This document shows, one piece after another, positions 7,416 to 16,647 of a DNA stretch of 20,000 nt. The stretch is taken from positions 58,679 through 78,678 of the IMG/VR virus record IMGVR_UViG_3300006147_000010, one strand, 5' to 3'. Below the pieces are notes generated by a model. It was given only the letters and a program-made list of their open reading frames with translations, was not told where the DNA came from and made no database searches. A program made the position numbers and the translations under genes. This DNA comes from an uncultured virus (IMG/VR IMGVR_UViG_3300006147_000010) (lineage: Duplodnaviria; Heunggongvirae; Uroviricota; Caudoviricetes). Each line of letters opens with the position of its first letter. Within the stretch, counting starts at the first letter, position 1.

Positions 7416-9681
7416 ACCCAAACATGTATGCGGATGCGTCCTCAATGATCTTGAGGAACTGCTTGGCCTCCTCCTCCGCAACCTCTCGCGGATGTTCTGA
7501 CTTATCGCAGTACCCGTTGAGGATGACTGGCATCCATTCATCGAGGAGTTCCATCTTCTTCTTTGCGATGCCGCGTCGAACAGAGTCCGCCTGGCTTCCG
7601 TTCAGACCGCAGATACGCTGCAGGAATTGAATGATATCCTCCTGATAGACAAGATACCCGAGGTTATCCTTCAGAAGCTCGTCAATCAGTTCAGACGGAT
7701 TGTGGTTCTGTACTCTGGCGAGGAGCTGCTCACGATAGGACGCTCCGGACGGTCTGATACAGGCTGTCACCAGAGACATGTCGAAGATACTGTGGGTCTT
7801 GAACTTCTTCAGACTGTCGAACGCGAAGTTACCCTCCATCTGGAAGATACCGACAGGGCTTTTCAGCATGTCCTCCCACACGGCATCGTCGTTCCAGTCA
7901 ATCTCATGTGTCTTCGGATATGGCCTGTTAAAGTATGAACAGCAGTCGCGGATGACCTGGACGGTCTTGAGTACCAGGAAGTCATACTTGGCAAGCCCAG
8001 CCTCGTGTGCTTCGTCCATGTCCAGCATGAGGCAGTTCTCTCCGTCCTTCTCAAATATGCCATAGTTATCTACCAACGTAACAGGGCTGATAACCATGCC
8101 GGCAGGGTGGACGGACTGCGAAACTTTTACTCCGAACATACCCTTGACGAACCGGAACAGTTCCGGGTACTTCTTGGTAGTCGGAACCTCACACACCTCG
8201 TCGAGGTGTTTCTTGTAGAGCTCGTCCTCAATCATGTCGTACTTGTCCAGAAGAACCTGCACATCTGCGGCGAACTCCTTCTTGATGTCACTGATGCGAT
8301 CCAAAGACCACGGGTTGTCCTTTGACTCACCGTGTTTCTTCACCCACTCAAACGACAGGTGACGCCCAACGTCATCTATGACGCCACGGCCTTTGATTGT
8401 ACCGTATGATGCGACACGAGCTGTCTTGTCCGCCCCAAACCTGTTCGTGATGTACTCGAAGATTGCAGGGCGGTCAGCCTTCACAACGTCGATGTCGATG
8501 TCTCCAATCTCCACACGATCCTCGTTACAGAATCGAGAGAACACAGTATGCCATGTCTCGGGGTTGAGGTCGATGATGTCTGTCACATATGCGACCCGTG
8601 AACCGCCGACAGAACCACGGGCTGTGCCTATGGCCATACCCTGTTCTTTGCACCAGCAAATGAGTTCTGACATGGAACCCATGAACCCCATCATGCCAAT
8701 CTTGTGGAAGACCGCCATCTCTTCGTCGATTGCGGTGCGGAATGCTTCTACCTGCTCAGGTGGAATCACGCCGCTTGCTACCTTCTCATTGAACATCCTA
8801 TCGACACGCTCAATGAACTTTTCCTCGTCAGCTTCCTTCGACCCATATAGGATAGGATACTTGATGGATGTATCCACCTCGAAGTTCTCAACCATATCGT
8901 CCAAAAGGTTTGTGTTCGCGATTGCTTCCAGGTACACGTCTTCATCCAATGCGCCCTGCTTGACGAACATATCCACCAGCTCATCGTAGGTCTTGAACGT
9001 GAGATCGAATGTGTCCTCGTCCCCGTAGGTCTTGCGCTTCGCACCGAGAAGGATCTGCCGGCACTCAGCTTTATACGGAGATGAGCTGTGGGTGTCTGTG
9101 CCTGCAATCAGCGGTGTCCCGAGTTCCTTTGACAGGGCAAGCAGCCGCCGGTTGAATGCATACTGCTCTGGATGGTCATGTGCCTGAACCTCAAAGAAGG
9201 TGTACTTCTTCGCCAGCTCCATGTACCGTGGATGCGTCACAGGCAGCTTATTGAGCGGGGAGGCGAGACACGCACTGGTAGATATGATGTTGTCTGAGAT
9301 ACCGAGGAACTCGTCAAAGGTGATGCGGTTTGTGTAGTAGAAGTGAGCCTTGTCACAGGACTTCCGAATCAGAAGGTTCAGCTCACGGATACCATCCATG
9401 TTTCTGGCGAGCAAAACTGTATGGTAGTTGTCACGAATGCGTTCATTGCCCTCTGTGAACAGGCGCTCTGTCAGGTAAACCTCAACACCATAGATGAACT
9501 TAATGCCCATCTTGTCGCAGTAGAGCTTCTTTGAAAGCCAACCACGCGGCAGGCCATGCTCTGTTGACGCGATTGCCTTCTGACCATTCTGCACCGCAAG
9601 ATCTACATACTCGCTAAACTTTGTGCAACTGTCGAGCAAGCTGTAGTCTGAGTGCATATGGTACGGTATGTATGTGCCTAT
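7416..9681 (-). CDS. dnaE: DNA polymerase III alpha (DnaE), exon 1 (PHP + catalytic core); probable ATA start at 9681
   Basis: YHMHSDYSLLD, TEHG, GVEVY and GTDTH (PHP domain); RGSVGGS; DIDID catalytic aspartates; HPAG; KYDFL; GIFQME; YQE. The spliced product is 1071 aa (2266+950 nt). Confidence 0.92.
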
Positions 9682-10670
9682 CGCAACCGCCTCCTTTCTT
9701 GGTAAAGCGTTTCGAAAACCTCCCGGCCTTTGTCGGTCGGGCTGTCCTTCGGCTCCAACATTTCATCTTTGTTGCGCACCCAGTACACGTTGGCATACTG
9801 CCTGAGCTTCATGATATTCGCATCCTCACGTATGTTGATCTCGGCGTCCAATGCGAATGTCACCGCCACACCCAGCTTGATCAGGATCTTAAACTGGTTG
9901 TCGTTCAGGTGGCTTGTCAAAACCGCTCCGGTATTCTGGATGCCCCAGCCGTCTGCCATCATTACGGACTTCGCACCTTCAAACAGGATGATCTCACCCT
10001 TCGCACGAATTGGGGCAATGTTATCTGACAAACCGTAGATGGTATCCAGAGTACCAAGAGACTGAAAGTATGTGTACTTCCGAAGGTTCTTTTCCTTATA
10101 GTGCGGGTCGAGCGTTCTGCCGCATACGCTGATGATGTTTCCGTTTACATCGCGGATAGGGTACACAAGGCGATCAGAGAACGGGTCATATCTGACCTGG
10201 AACTTCGCCATGGATTCCATACTGATACCTTCGCGTTCCCACACGGCGAGCTTCTTTACATCCCACTCGTAGCGGTTCATGTAGTCGCTTTGCAATACAG
10301 AGGTTTTGGATTGTTTCTCTTTTTTGTGCCTGACCTGAAACCTTTTCGCGACCGTTGTTGCAGCGAGCCGGCGCGGTGCGCCGGTCTGTTGTTCATCGTC
10401 TGTTATCCCAGCGTATTGCTTCAGGATATCGAGACCTTTCAGGAACCCACAGTTGTGATATGCACATATGAAATCCAGAACATTCCCGCCCTTACCGGAC
10501 GAGAAGTCATAGAACTTCTGCATCTCTGTGTTAATGGAGAATGACGGTGTGCGTTCATCCTTGAGCGGACTGAGACACCAGTATTCGCCGTCCTCTTTTT
10601 CCACCGGATCGCAGAACTGAGATATGTATTCCAGGATATCAACACTCTCTACGATCTCGTAAACCTCCAC
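9678..10670 (-). CDS. dnaG: DNA primase (DnaG-type, ZBD + TOPRIM)
   Basis: ERTPSF...GKGGN, DRLVYPIRD..G.IISVCGR, KY, ILFEGAKS, FALDAE, KDSPTD. Confidence 0.88.
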   Translation of the reverse strand: MEVYEIVESVDILEYISQFCDPVEKEDGEYWCLSPLKDERTPSFSINTEMQKFYDFSSGKGGNVLDFICAYHNCGFLKGLDILKQYAGITDDEQQTGAPRRLAATTVAKRFQVRHKKEKQSKTSVLQSDYMNRYEWDVKKLAVWEREGISMESMAKFQVRYDPFSDRLVYPIRDVNGNIISVCGRTLDPHYKEKNLRKYTYFQSLGTLDTIYGLSDNIAPIRAKGEIILFEGAKSVMMADGWGIQNTGAVLTSHLNDNQFKILIKLGVAVTFALDAEINIREDANIMKLRQYANVYWVRNKDEMLEPKDSPTDKGREVFETLYQERRRLR

Positions 10671-10687
10671 ACCGTCACCCCCAAAAT

Positions 10688-12019
10688 TTAATATGGTTCC
10701 TGCTGTACGTGCTGCTTTGCCTCTTCATACGAGATCAGGTTCCCGCAGAAGTTCATGTCTATGTATTCGTCTGGAGACATCTGCGGGCCGTTGCGGTTCA
10801 GCACGACACGAAGTTTCTTGTTGCCGCACTCAGGCCCGTCTGCCTCGATCTCTTCCGGCAGCTTGTCCTGGATGATTGCGATAGTCGAAGCATTGCGCCC
10901 GATCTTTGCGCTGTCTGCGACTCTGCCTGTCGATGTGGCCTGTGCCGCTCCGATCCCGGCGATGTTCATATCACCACAGATCTGGTTCTTGACCATATCG
11001 ACAAACCTTCCGAGTTCCTGGTAGCTGTCGAAGGCGTCGCCCTCGCCCTTCCCCTTGAAGTAGTCCACAATCAGAACGTCAATACCCTGTGTGTGATTGA
11101 CCTTCTTCACCGTCGTATAGATGCTTTGTGCGTCAAACATCGGCATATAGAGATGGGTGAAGCTCTTATTCTTCATCCACTTCCTACACTCGTCAAGCCG
11201 CCTTGCCTCCTCTGGTGAGTAGTTTCCGCTGCGGACACGGTTAAACTCGATCTTCGCCAGATGTGCCATAAGCCTGCAGGTGAACAGGCGAGAGTTCAGC
11301 TCACTGTCTATATACATGACGCGCTTGCCTCTGCTCAGCAAATCAACAGCGCAGTTCAGGAGCATCATGCTCTTACCTTGCTTTGCCTCTGCTGCGAACA
11401 CCACCAGCTCACCGGGTTCAATGGTCACATACTGATTGAGAGTGGGGAACTTGAAGGGGATACCGGATGTACCGTCCTTCTGCCTTTGACAGATCTGATA
11501 CCACAGGTCATCTACCACATCCTTATACTGAGGAACCTCTTTGTTTGTGGAGAACTGCATCATCACATCATCGAGGGTGGAGTAGATCTTTTGCTCGATT
11601 TCTTTTTCTGTCATACTTTGGCAGATATTCTGACACTCAGACAGCTTCTGGTAAGTAGCGCGGCGGAACGCCATGTTGAGGACAGACTCTGCGGCGAGCC
11701 TGTAATCCTCCGGTGTGTTTCTGGCGATCGATGTCGCGGTACTGATGAACTCCTCAACATTCCTCTCGTTCAGGACGCTGTCAACCTTCGCTCTCAGCTT
11801 TGGCTGCGACCTTAAGATATTCAGGATGTTGTATGCGTCAACCGTGTGGATGTTGTGCTCTTCGAGTTGCTTAAGTGCGTAGAAAAGCCAGGAGTTCGTT
11901 TGGTTTGTAAAATGCCTTGGGTTGAGCTGTTCCACCAAATACACGTAGTCCGGGTGGAAGACCAGAGAGGCAACTACACCGGCCTCACTGTTCAAGTCGC
12001 AAATATCATTGACATCCAA
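10688..12019 (-). CDS. dnaB: Replicative DNA helicase (DnaB family)
   Basis: N-terminal SEAGVVASL..HP; Walker A AAEAKQGKS; YIDSE; Walker B LIVDY; AAQ; NRNG. A GGAAGGTGA RBS favours TTG at 12019 over GTG at 12028. Confidence 0.9.
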   Translation of the reverse strand: MDVNDICDLNSEAGVVASLVFHPDYVYLVEQLNPRHFTNQTNSWLFYALKQLEEHNIHTVDAYNILNILRSQPKLRAKVDSVLNERNVEEFISTATSIARNTPEDYRLAAESVLNMAFRRATYQKLSECQNICQSMTEKEIEQKIYSTLDDVMMQFSTNKEVPQYKDVVDDLWYQICQRQKDGTSGIPFKFPTLNQYVTIEPGELVVFAAEAKQGKSMMLLNCAVDLLSRGKRVMYIDSELNSRLFTCRLMAHLAKIEFNRVRSGNYSPEEARRLDECRKWMKNKSFTHLYMPMFDAQSIYTTVKKVNHTQGIDVLIVDYFKGKGEGDAFDSYQELGRFVDMVKNQICGDMNIAGIGAAQATSTGRVADSAKIGRNASTIAIIQDKLPEEIEADGPECGNKKLRVVLNRNGPQMSPDEYIDMNFCGNLISYEEAKQHVQQEPY

Positions 12020-12024
12020 TGTAA

Positions 12025-12798
12025 TCACCTTCCGTTCGTCTGGAAGAAGCAGCAGTCGCCGCTCTTGTCACAGATATATCTGCACTTCCAGTATTCTATC
12101 TTTGGAGACCAGTCTTCGTTCTCGGTGATTGTGTCAATGGTTTTGAGCGCCCATTCCTTTGTTTTTTCAAATTCTTCCTGACGGAAAGGCTCGGAGATCA
12201 ACTGCCCAGTTCGGAAGCAGTTGAACTCCAGCCTGTCAGGGTATGTATGATAAAGCTGTTCCATCGGAACGCTATACAGGTAAAGCTGTCTCAGATATGA
12301 GTCCAGCTCTGCATCTGATACTGTTGGCTTCTTTCTCCCGGATCTTGGCTTCAGCGCCCTGGACTTGTTGTCAAGGATCACAAGTTTGCCGTCGTCCATC
12401 GCCACACAGTCGATGATACCTGTGAATGGTTTGTCACCAACGAGGAAGTCAACCTTCTGTTCCACCCCTACCGGCGACAAGTACGGGAAATCAATCTCGC
12501 TTAGATAGTCGTAACCCTGATCAAAATAGCTTTTGAATATTCTGTTGCTCGGCGCCTTACCCCTTACGTTCTTACGAAACCCTGACACATATGCGCCTGT
12601 CAGCTCTTCTTTCTCCAAAAAACCTCGCAGATACAGTTCAATCAGCTTGTGCATAAAGCTCCCGTAGTCCGAGAAGAACATGGGTTTCTTGTCCGCCTTC
12701 TTGATGTAAGAAAGCAAAAACCCATATGGGCACATCTCAAACTGACCGATCCGAGAATAAGACCATGTGAAATCCGAAATGATATTCGAGTAGTTCAC
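12025..12798 (-). CDS. PD-(D/E)XK nuclease, RecB/Cas4-like with Fe-S cysteines
   Basis: WSYSRI..FEMCP, GS.MH..IE, GIID, ILDNKS, QLYLY, CRYIC....DC. Confidence 0.85.
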   Translation of the reverse strand: MNYSNIISDFTWSYSRIGQFEMCPYGFLLSYIKKADKKPMFFSDYGSFMHKLIELYLRGFLEKEELTGAYVSGFRKNVRGKAPSNRIFKSYFDQGYDYLSEIDFPYLSPVGVEQKVDFLVGDKPFTGIIDCVAMDDGKLVILDNKSRALKPRSGRKKPTVSDAELDSYLRQLYLYSVPMEQLYHTYPDRLEFNCFRTGQLISEPFRQEEFEKTKEWALKTIDTITENEDWSPKIEYWKCRYICDKSGDCCFFQTNGR

Positions 12799-12816
12799 AA
12801 GTCTTCACCAGGTCTC

Positions 12817-13215
12817 TTAGAACGGCAGGCCGTCCTGATCGTCAACCTCACCGTCGTCCACGGAGAAAGCAGTCTTTTTCTTGCTGCCGCCAGACTTCGC
12901 GGCGGTATTCCCGGAAGTGTTGCTGTCAGCCATCTCAAAGTCGAAGACCTTGTAGTTGACATACTCCTTCTGCTGCTCCTTGTTGTACGTGGTACCCACG
13001 TCGCACTCCAGAATCCTGATCCGGTCTTTGGCCTTCAGGCTCTTGGCCGCCTCATGCGCCTTCCCGATGAAGGTGCAGAAGCCGGAGAAGTCCTGCTCAT
13101 ACTCACCGGTCATCTTGTTCTTGCGACTGGATGACAGGCGAACTCGTGTGGTGTTGCCGGACTTACTCGGCTCAGTTGACCACACAGACATGTAGTTCCC
13201 TACGCGAAATCCCAT
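12817..13215 (-). CDS. ssb: Single-stranded DNA-binding protein
   Basis: OB-fold-like core, low-complexity linker and acidic tail ending DDQDGLPF; adjacent to ERF. Confidence 0.75.
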   Translation of the reverse strand: MGFRVGNYMSVWSTEPSKSGNTTRVRLSSSRKNKMTGEYEQDFSGFCTFIGKAHEAAKSLKAKDRIRILECDVGTTYNKEQQKEYVNYKVFDFEMADSNTSGNTAAKSGGSKKKTAFSVDDGEVDDQDGLPF

Positions 13216-13240
13216 AGTACCAACCTTCCTTATGTAATAC

Positions 13241-13954
13241 TTATTTCACGCCGAGCTCCTGCTTCAGCGCCTCGAACAGCTCGGACGCCTGAGCGGAAGT
13301 CTCTACGGCGTAGTAGTTCGCGCTCGGCTTGCCGTTCTCGCGAACATACTTCTTGGTCAACGTGATGACCTTCGGTTTGTCGTCAGGGTGTTGCGACAGA
13401 TGGGCGGTCACCAGCCCATGGATCTGCTCCACGATCTTCCCGGCGATTGCGCGGTCTTCCTCGCCTTCAGCAAACCTCTGCTTGCTTCGCCAGTCGTCCG
13501 GGTCTTCGCCATCCAGCGTTGCGATCTGGAAGAACTGCATCAGGAACTGACGCAGGCCGTAGGTCAGACCGCTGCCGACTGCTTGTGCAGGGTCGGCTTG
13601 GCTCCCTGCGATGAACCATGGCACATCGATCCTCTCGGTCGGGTCATCATCATTCACCCAGGTGTATACGATGCCGGCCTTCGCCGTGAACTCATTGTTC
13701 TTCTCCTCGTACTGCTGGCCGTCTTTGGTGAACTTGGTCTTGCAGTATGTGTACGGCTCGACGGACTCAGAGCCCGGAACGATGCTGGGGATCAGAGACA
13801 CATTGTACTTGTTCATGCCGGCCGTGACCCTCGCCAGAATCTCGTCGATGGAGGTGTACTTGTAGTTGAACCCTTTCCGGTTCTTCTGGATCACCTCTGT
13901 CATCTTGCGGATCTTGGACAGCTTCTGTTGGAGGTTCAAAACTTCTTCTGCCAT
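13241..13954 (-). CDS. ERF-family single-strand annealing protein
   Basis: NYKYTSIDEIL and DPAQAVGSGLTYGLRQFL..FFQI...EDPD match ERF GSxxTYxxRY..DxD. Confidence 0.85.
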   Translation of the reverse strand: MAEEVLNLQQKLSKIRKMTEVIQKNRKGFNYKYTSIDEILARVTAGMNKYNVSLIPSIVPGSESVEPYTYCKTKFTKDGQQYEEKNNEFTAKAGIVYTWVNDDDPTERIDVPWFIAGSQADPAQAVGSGLTYGLRQFLMQFFQIATLDGEDPDDWRSKQRFAEGEEDRAIAGKIVEQIHGLVTAHLSQHPDDKPKVITLTKKYVRENGKPSANYYAVETSAQASELFEALKQELGVK

Positions 13955-13968
13955 ACTCGGTTCTCCTG

Positions 13969-14253
13969 TTACTCCACGGCGAGCAGCGACTTGAAGTTGG
14001 AGATCACCTTGTCGTTCTTGGCCTTTGCCTCGGCCAAGCCGCTCTTCGTAGTAGCAAGCTCCCTCTCATACTCGTCGATTTCGCCCATGGTCTCGCTGAT
14101 GTTCTGGCTGATCTTCCCAAGCTCGTCAATCGTGTTGGTGACGAGAGACACCGCACGGTCAAACTGAGCGTTGAACTGATTCAGCCGGTTCTTCTTCTGC
14201 GCCAAGATATCCATTGGCGCCTGCTGAGGTGTTGCCTGCTTCTTGAAAGCCAT
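13969..14253 (-). CDS. Hypothetical coiled-coil protein
   Basis: 94 aa with a heptad pattern; AAGGAG RBS. Confidence 0.75.
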   Translation of the reverse strand: MAFKKQATPQQAPMDILAQKKNRLNQFNAQFDRAVSLVTNTIDELGKISQNISETMGEIDEYERELATTKSGLAEAKAKNDKVISNFKSLLAVE

Positions 14254-14268
14254 GTTGTTTCCTCCTTT

Positions 14269-14826
14269 TTAATCTTGTTTTGCTTCTTGTATGTACGTAG
14301 CGGCCTCATCAGCCACATGAAGCAACCATGCCAGTGGGAACTGCTCATATGTCTGGCCGACATTCTCGTTATCGAATGCGCCCATATGGCAGTTGATCGC
14401 GGCGGCCTCCTCCGGTGTGAGCTTAATGAAATTCTGAACAATGAACACCGATTTGCTGCCGTGACCGCCGAAGCAGAACTTTTCCTTGATGGCGTAGGAA
14501 TCGTAGCTTTCCCACCTACCCTCGCTGTTCTTCCGATTCCGCTTTTCGGTCACATAGAAATTGACCTTACAGAGATCATGGAACAGCGCGATAATCGCTG
14601 CCGTTTCCTCGGACGCCTGGATCTGTTGGTACGCTGCGAGCAAACGCTTCAGCTCATCGTAGACGTTGAGTGAATGCTCCAACAGACCACCCTGGTAACT
14701 GCCGTGGTATCTCCTGCTTGCCGGCGCTGTGTAGAAGTCACTGCTTTCCAGCCAGTCCATCAGGCCGTCTACGCCTTCTCTGTGGATCGCGCTGCACAGC
14801 GAGAGAAACCTTTCTTTCTCGTTCAA
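14269..14826 (-). CDS. HD-domain phosphohydrolase (YhaM/Cbf1-like HD module)
   Basis: FYTAPASRRYH..YQGGLLEHSLNV, LFHDLCK, GHG.KS, HMG, LHVAD. A GAAAGGGG RBS points to TTG at 14826. Confidence 0.85.
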   Translation of the reverse strand: MNEKERFLSLCSAIHREGVDGLMDWLESSDFYTAPASRRYHGSYQGGLLEHSLNVYDELKRLLAAYQQIQASEETAAIIALFHDLCKVNFYVTEKRNRKNSEGRWESYDSYAIKEKFCFGGHGSKSVFIVQNFIKLTPEEAAAINCHMGAFDNENVGQTYEQFPLAWLLHVADEAATYIQEAKQD

Positions 14827-14849
14827 TGGAACCACCCCTTTCATTCCGC

Positions 14850-14980
14850 GTACTCCCATGGATAGATAGGAATACTGCATTGATAGTTGATAGTGCCCAT
14901 TTCAAGGCACTTATAGAGGGCGTCAGAATCAAACATTTTGAAAAATTTAACGCCCGGTCAACAGCTCTCGCTGGTGAACC
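14850..14980 (-). other. Intergenic run of four hairpins (candidate structured RNA/leader)
   Basis: CAGC-GAGA-GCUG, GGGCGUUA/UGACGCCC, AGUGCCU/GGGCACU and GUAUUCCUA/UGGGAGUAC. The G.U pairs work only on the minus strand. Confidence 0.45.
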
Positions 14981-14982
14981 CC

Positions 14983-15177
14983 TTATAGGTGGATGTATTT
15001 ATCTTCCAAAACTTTAGGGTTCCTGTCCCTCCCGAGCTTGACGAACTTGCCGTCTTTCAGCTCGTAGAGGAAGTAGTATTCCCTGGATGGCTTCGATGTT
15101 GTGATGTAGCGAAGGTTGCCGTCCTTGTCGTAGTGGCCGACCCATACAATCTCTCCCTTTGGATACACATACTCCAT
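14983..15177 (-). CDS. Small hypothetical protein
   Basis: 64 aa, GAGG RBS, protein-like composition. Confidence 0.7.
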   Translation of the reverse strand: MEYVYPKGEIVWVGHYDKDGNLRYITTSKPSREYYFLYELKDGKFVKLGRDRNPKVLEDKYIHL

Positions 15178-15209
15178 ACTCTCGCCTCAAATAATGGTGT
15201 TGATAGAGC

Positions 15210-15244
15210 AAAAGAAAAGAGCCAGCCAGCACGGCTGTCTCTTT
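15210..15244 (-). terminator. Intrinsic terminator after the mrpR-like gene
   Basis: AAAGAG-A-CAGCC-GUGCU-GGCUG-G-CUCUUU followed by UCUUUU, 8 nt after the stop codon. Confidence 0.75.
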
Positions 15245-15252
15245 CCTGCCTG

Positions 15253-16167
15253 TTAGGTGAACACTGCTTTCCAGCAAGCGTAGTCATCAAACAGATCCCG
15301 CCTCAATATCCCTGCCACCTTGCTCCTTGTATAGTTCGTGTGGTAGGTGCTTCCCATCTTACTGATATGGTCAGCTATCAGTGTATCAAAGTTGACTGGG
15401 TCTCCCATACGTTCCGCCTCGTATACTCTGTAGAACACACCAGACAGGCGGAGCTTGCCGTATGTCAGCTCAACATCATGCGCCTTGAACGCCTTTTGGA
15501 TGATACTTTTCACCGTGTTCAGCTTGACCTGTTCTGATCTGATACCACGCATCAGATACTCTCCGGCGCACCTGTTTCTGGTCTGCTTGTAACGCGGGTG
15601 TTCATAGACGAACTCTGTCGCGTCACATGCCATGCGGAACGCTGGTATCGCTTCACGGTACAGCTCATAGGACTTGCCGCCATGCTCAATCAACATAGAG
15701 GAGAAGTCCACTTCGCTGACCTTGATGTCAAGTGCGTCCTCTTCTGCGATGCCGGCGAACGCCATCCATAGGTAGCACCTGTAGATACAGTCAACCGTGT
15801 TGCTCTCAACAGGCTGGAACACCTTGTCCAATGTCGCCTGGAGATGCCTCGGAGATGAAACCATACGGCGCCTTATCTTTTCGTCCATCTGAGACTGCAC
15901 ATCGTAGATAGCGTCACATGTCTCATATCCGTTGTCCTTACACCACACGACGTATGAACGGAGGAAGGCGACATACGAATCCATAGACCTCGTTCTTGCA
16001 CCGAAGTTCCCGTTTATGATCTCCTGCACGGTCTCCAGAGGAAGCTCGCAGAAGTCGGTGCCGGCCGCCTCCTCATACCTCCCTGTTGTCCGGAACACAG
16101 AACGTCCAAAGTCTGACGAACTCCGCGTGCTTTCGATGAACTGTACCTTGCGCTCTTCGTTATACAT
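15253..16167 (-). CDS. MrpR/YopR-like repressor (inactive tyrosine-recombinase fold)
   Basis: GGAGG RBS before MYNEERK. F.....E.....D, FLRSYVVWC, box I-like LWMAFAGIAEEDALDIKVSEVDF lacking the catalytic Arg, and LTYGKLRLSGVFYRVY, which is similar to the SPbeta YopR C-terminal motif as I recall it. About 304 aa. Confidence 0.65.
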   Translation of the reverse strand: MYNEERKVQFIESTRSSSDFGRSVFRTTGRYEEAAGTDFCELPLETVQEIINGNFGARTRSMDSYVAFLRSYVVWCKDNGYETCDAIYDVQSQMDEKIRRRMVSSPRHLQATLDKVFQPVESNTVDCIYRCYLWMAFAGIAEEDALDIKVSEVDFSSMLIEHGGKSYELYREAIPAFRMACDATEFVYEHPRYKQTRNRCAGEYLMRGIRSEQVKLNTVKSIIQKAFKAHDVELTYGKLRLSGVFYRVYEAERMGDPVNFDTLIADHISKMGSTYHTNYTRSKVAGILRRDLFDDYACWKAVFT

Positions 16168-16178
16168 ACCCGTCCTCC

Positions 16179-16610
16179 TCATGCCACACTGTTCAGTCTG
16201 ACAGACTTGCGCCAGACATCAATCAGCTCGGCTTCGTCCAGGAAGGAGATCGCTGCCGTGGCGATCAGACTTGCCATGGCGATCTGCTTCATGTACTTGT
16301 CGGACAGTTTAGTGATGAAGCTGCCGATACGTGTCTTGGACATCTTCTCTGGATTCTCGCATAGCACCATGCTGTCTTTTGGAAGCCCAGACTCTGATGA
16401 TGCAACCAGGACATGGGTAGGTTGGCCTGTCTTCTTCATGACCTTAGTCATAGGGAGCGCAATCACATTAGGGCTGTGTGCGTTGCCAACATTGTTCTGG
16501 AAGACCACACCAGGTCTCCACCCGCTCTGCTCGTTCCCGACCCCTTCAAATTTCATGTAGTATACTTCCCCGATCAGTGGGGACACACATGCTTGACGAG
16601 TCTCGCTCAT
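16179..16610 (-). CDS. mazF: PemK/MazF-family endoribonuclease
   Basis: GEVYY...GNEQSGWRPGVVFQNNVGNAHSPNVIALPMT......PTHV...SGL.KDS.VLCE closely follows Bacillus EndoA/NdoA; the catalytic Arg and Thr are retained. Confidence 0.9.
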   Translation of the reverse strand: MSETRQACVSPLIGEVYYMKFEGVGNEQSGWRPGVVFQNNVGNAHSPNVIALPMTKVMKKTGQPTHVLVASSESGLPKDSMVLCENPEKMSKTRIGSFITKLSDKYMKQIAMASLIATAAISFLDEAELIDVWRKSVRLNSVA

Positions 16611-16647
16611 AACTCAGTACCTCGCTATAGTTTTTTAGGTTGGCCTG

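Noticed and set aside
5599..9657. dnaE as a pseudogene, naturally split gene or intein-containing gene
   Set aside because: A group I intron core and exact in-frame splice junctions explain the break; no intein Cys/His-Asn termini.
12025..12798. Cas4 / CRISPR system
   Set aside because: No repeat-spacer array or other cas genes seen. Context with ERF and SSB indicates a recombination exonuclease.
15253..16182. Active phage integrase marking a prophage end
   Set aside because: The box I Arg and the HxxR His are absent, no att site or tRNA was seen, and phage genes continue on both sides.
15253..16610. Avoidance of the UACAU MazF target in phage transcripts
   Set aside because: ATGTA occurs repeatedly on the plus strand, including inside mazF (e.g. 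16291). No depletion is visible by eye, and this enzyme's specificity is unknown.
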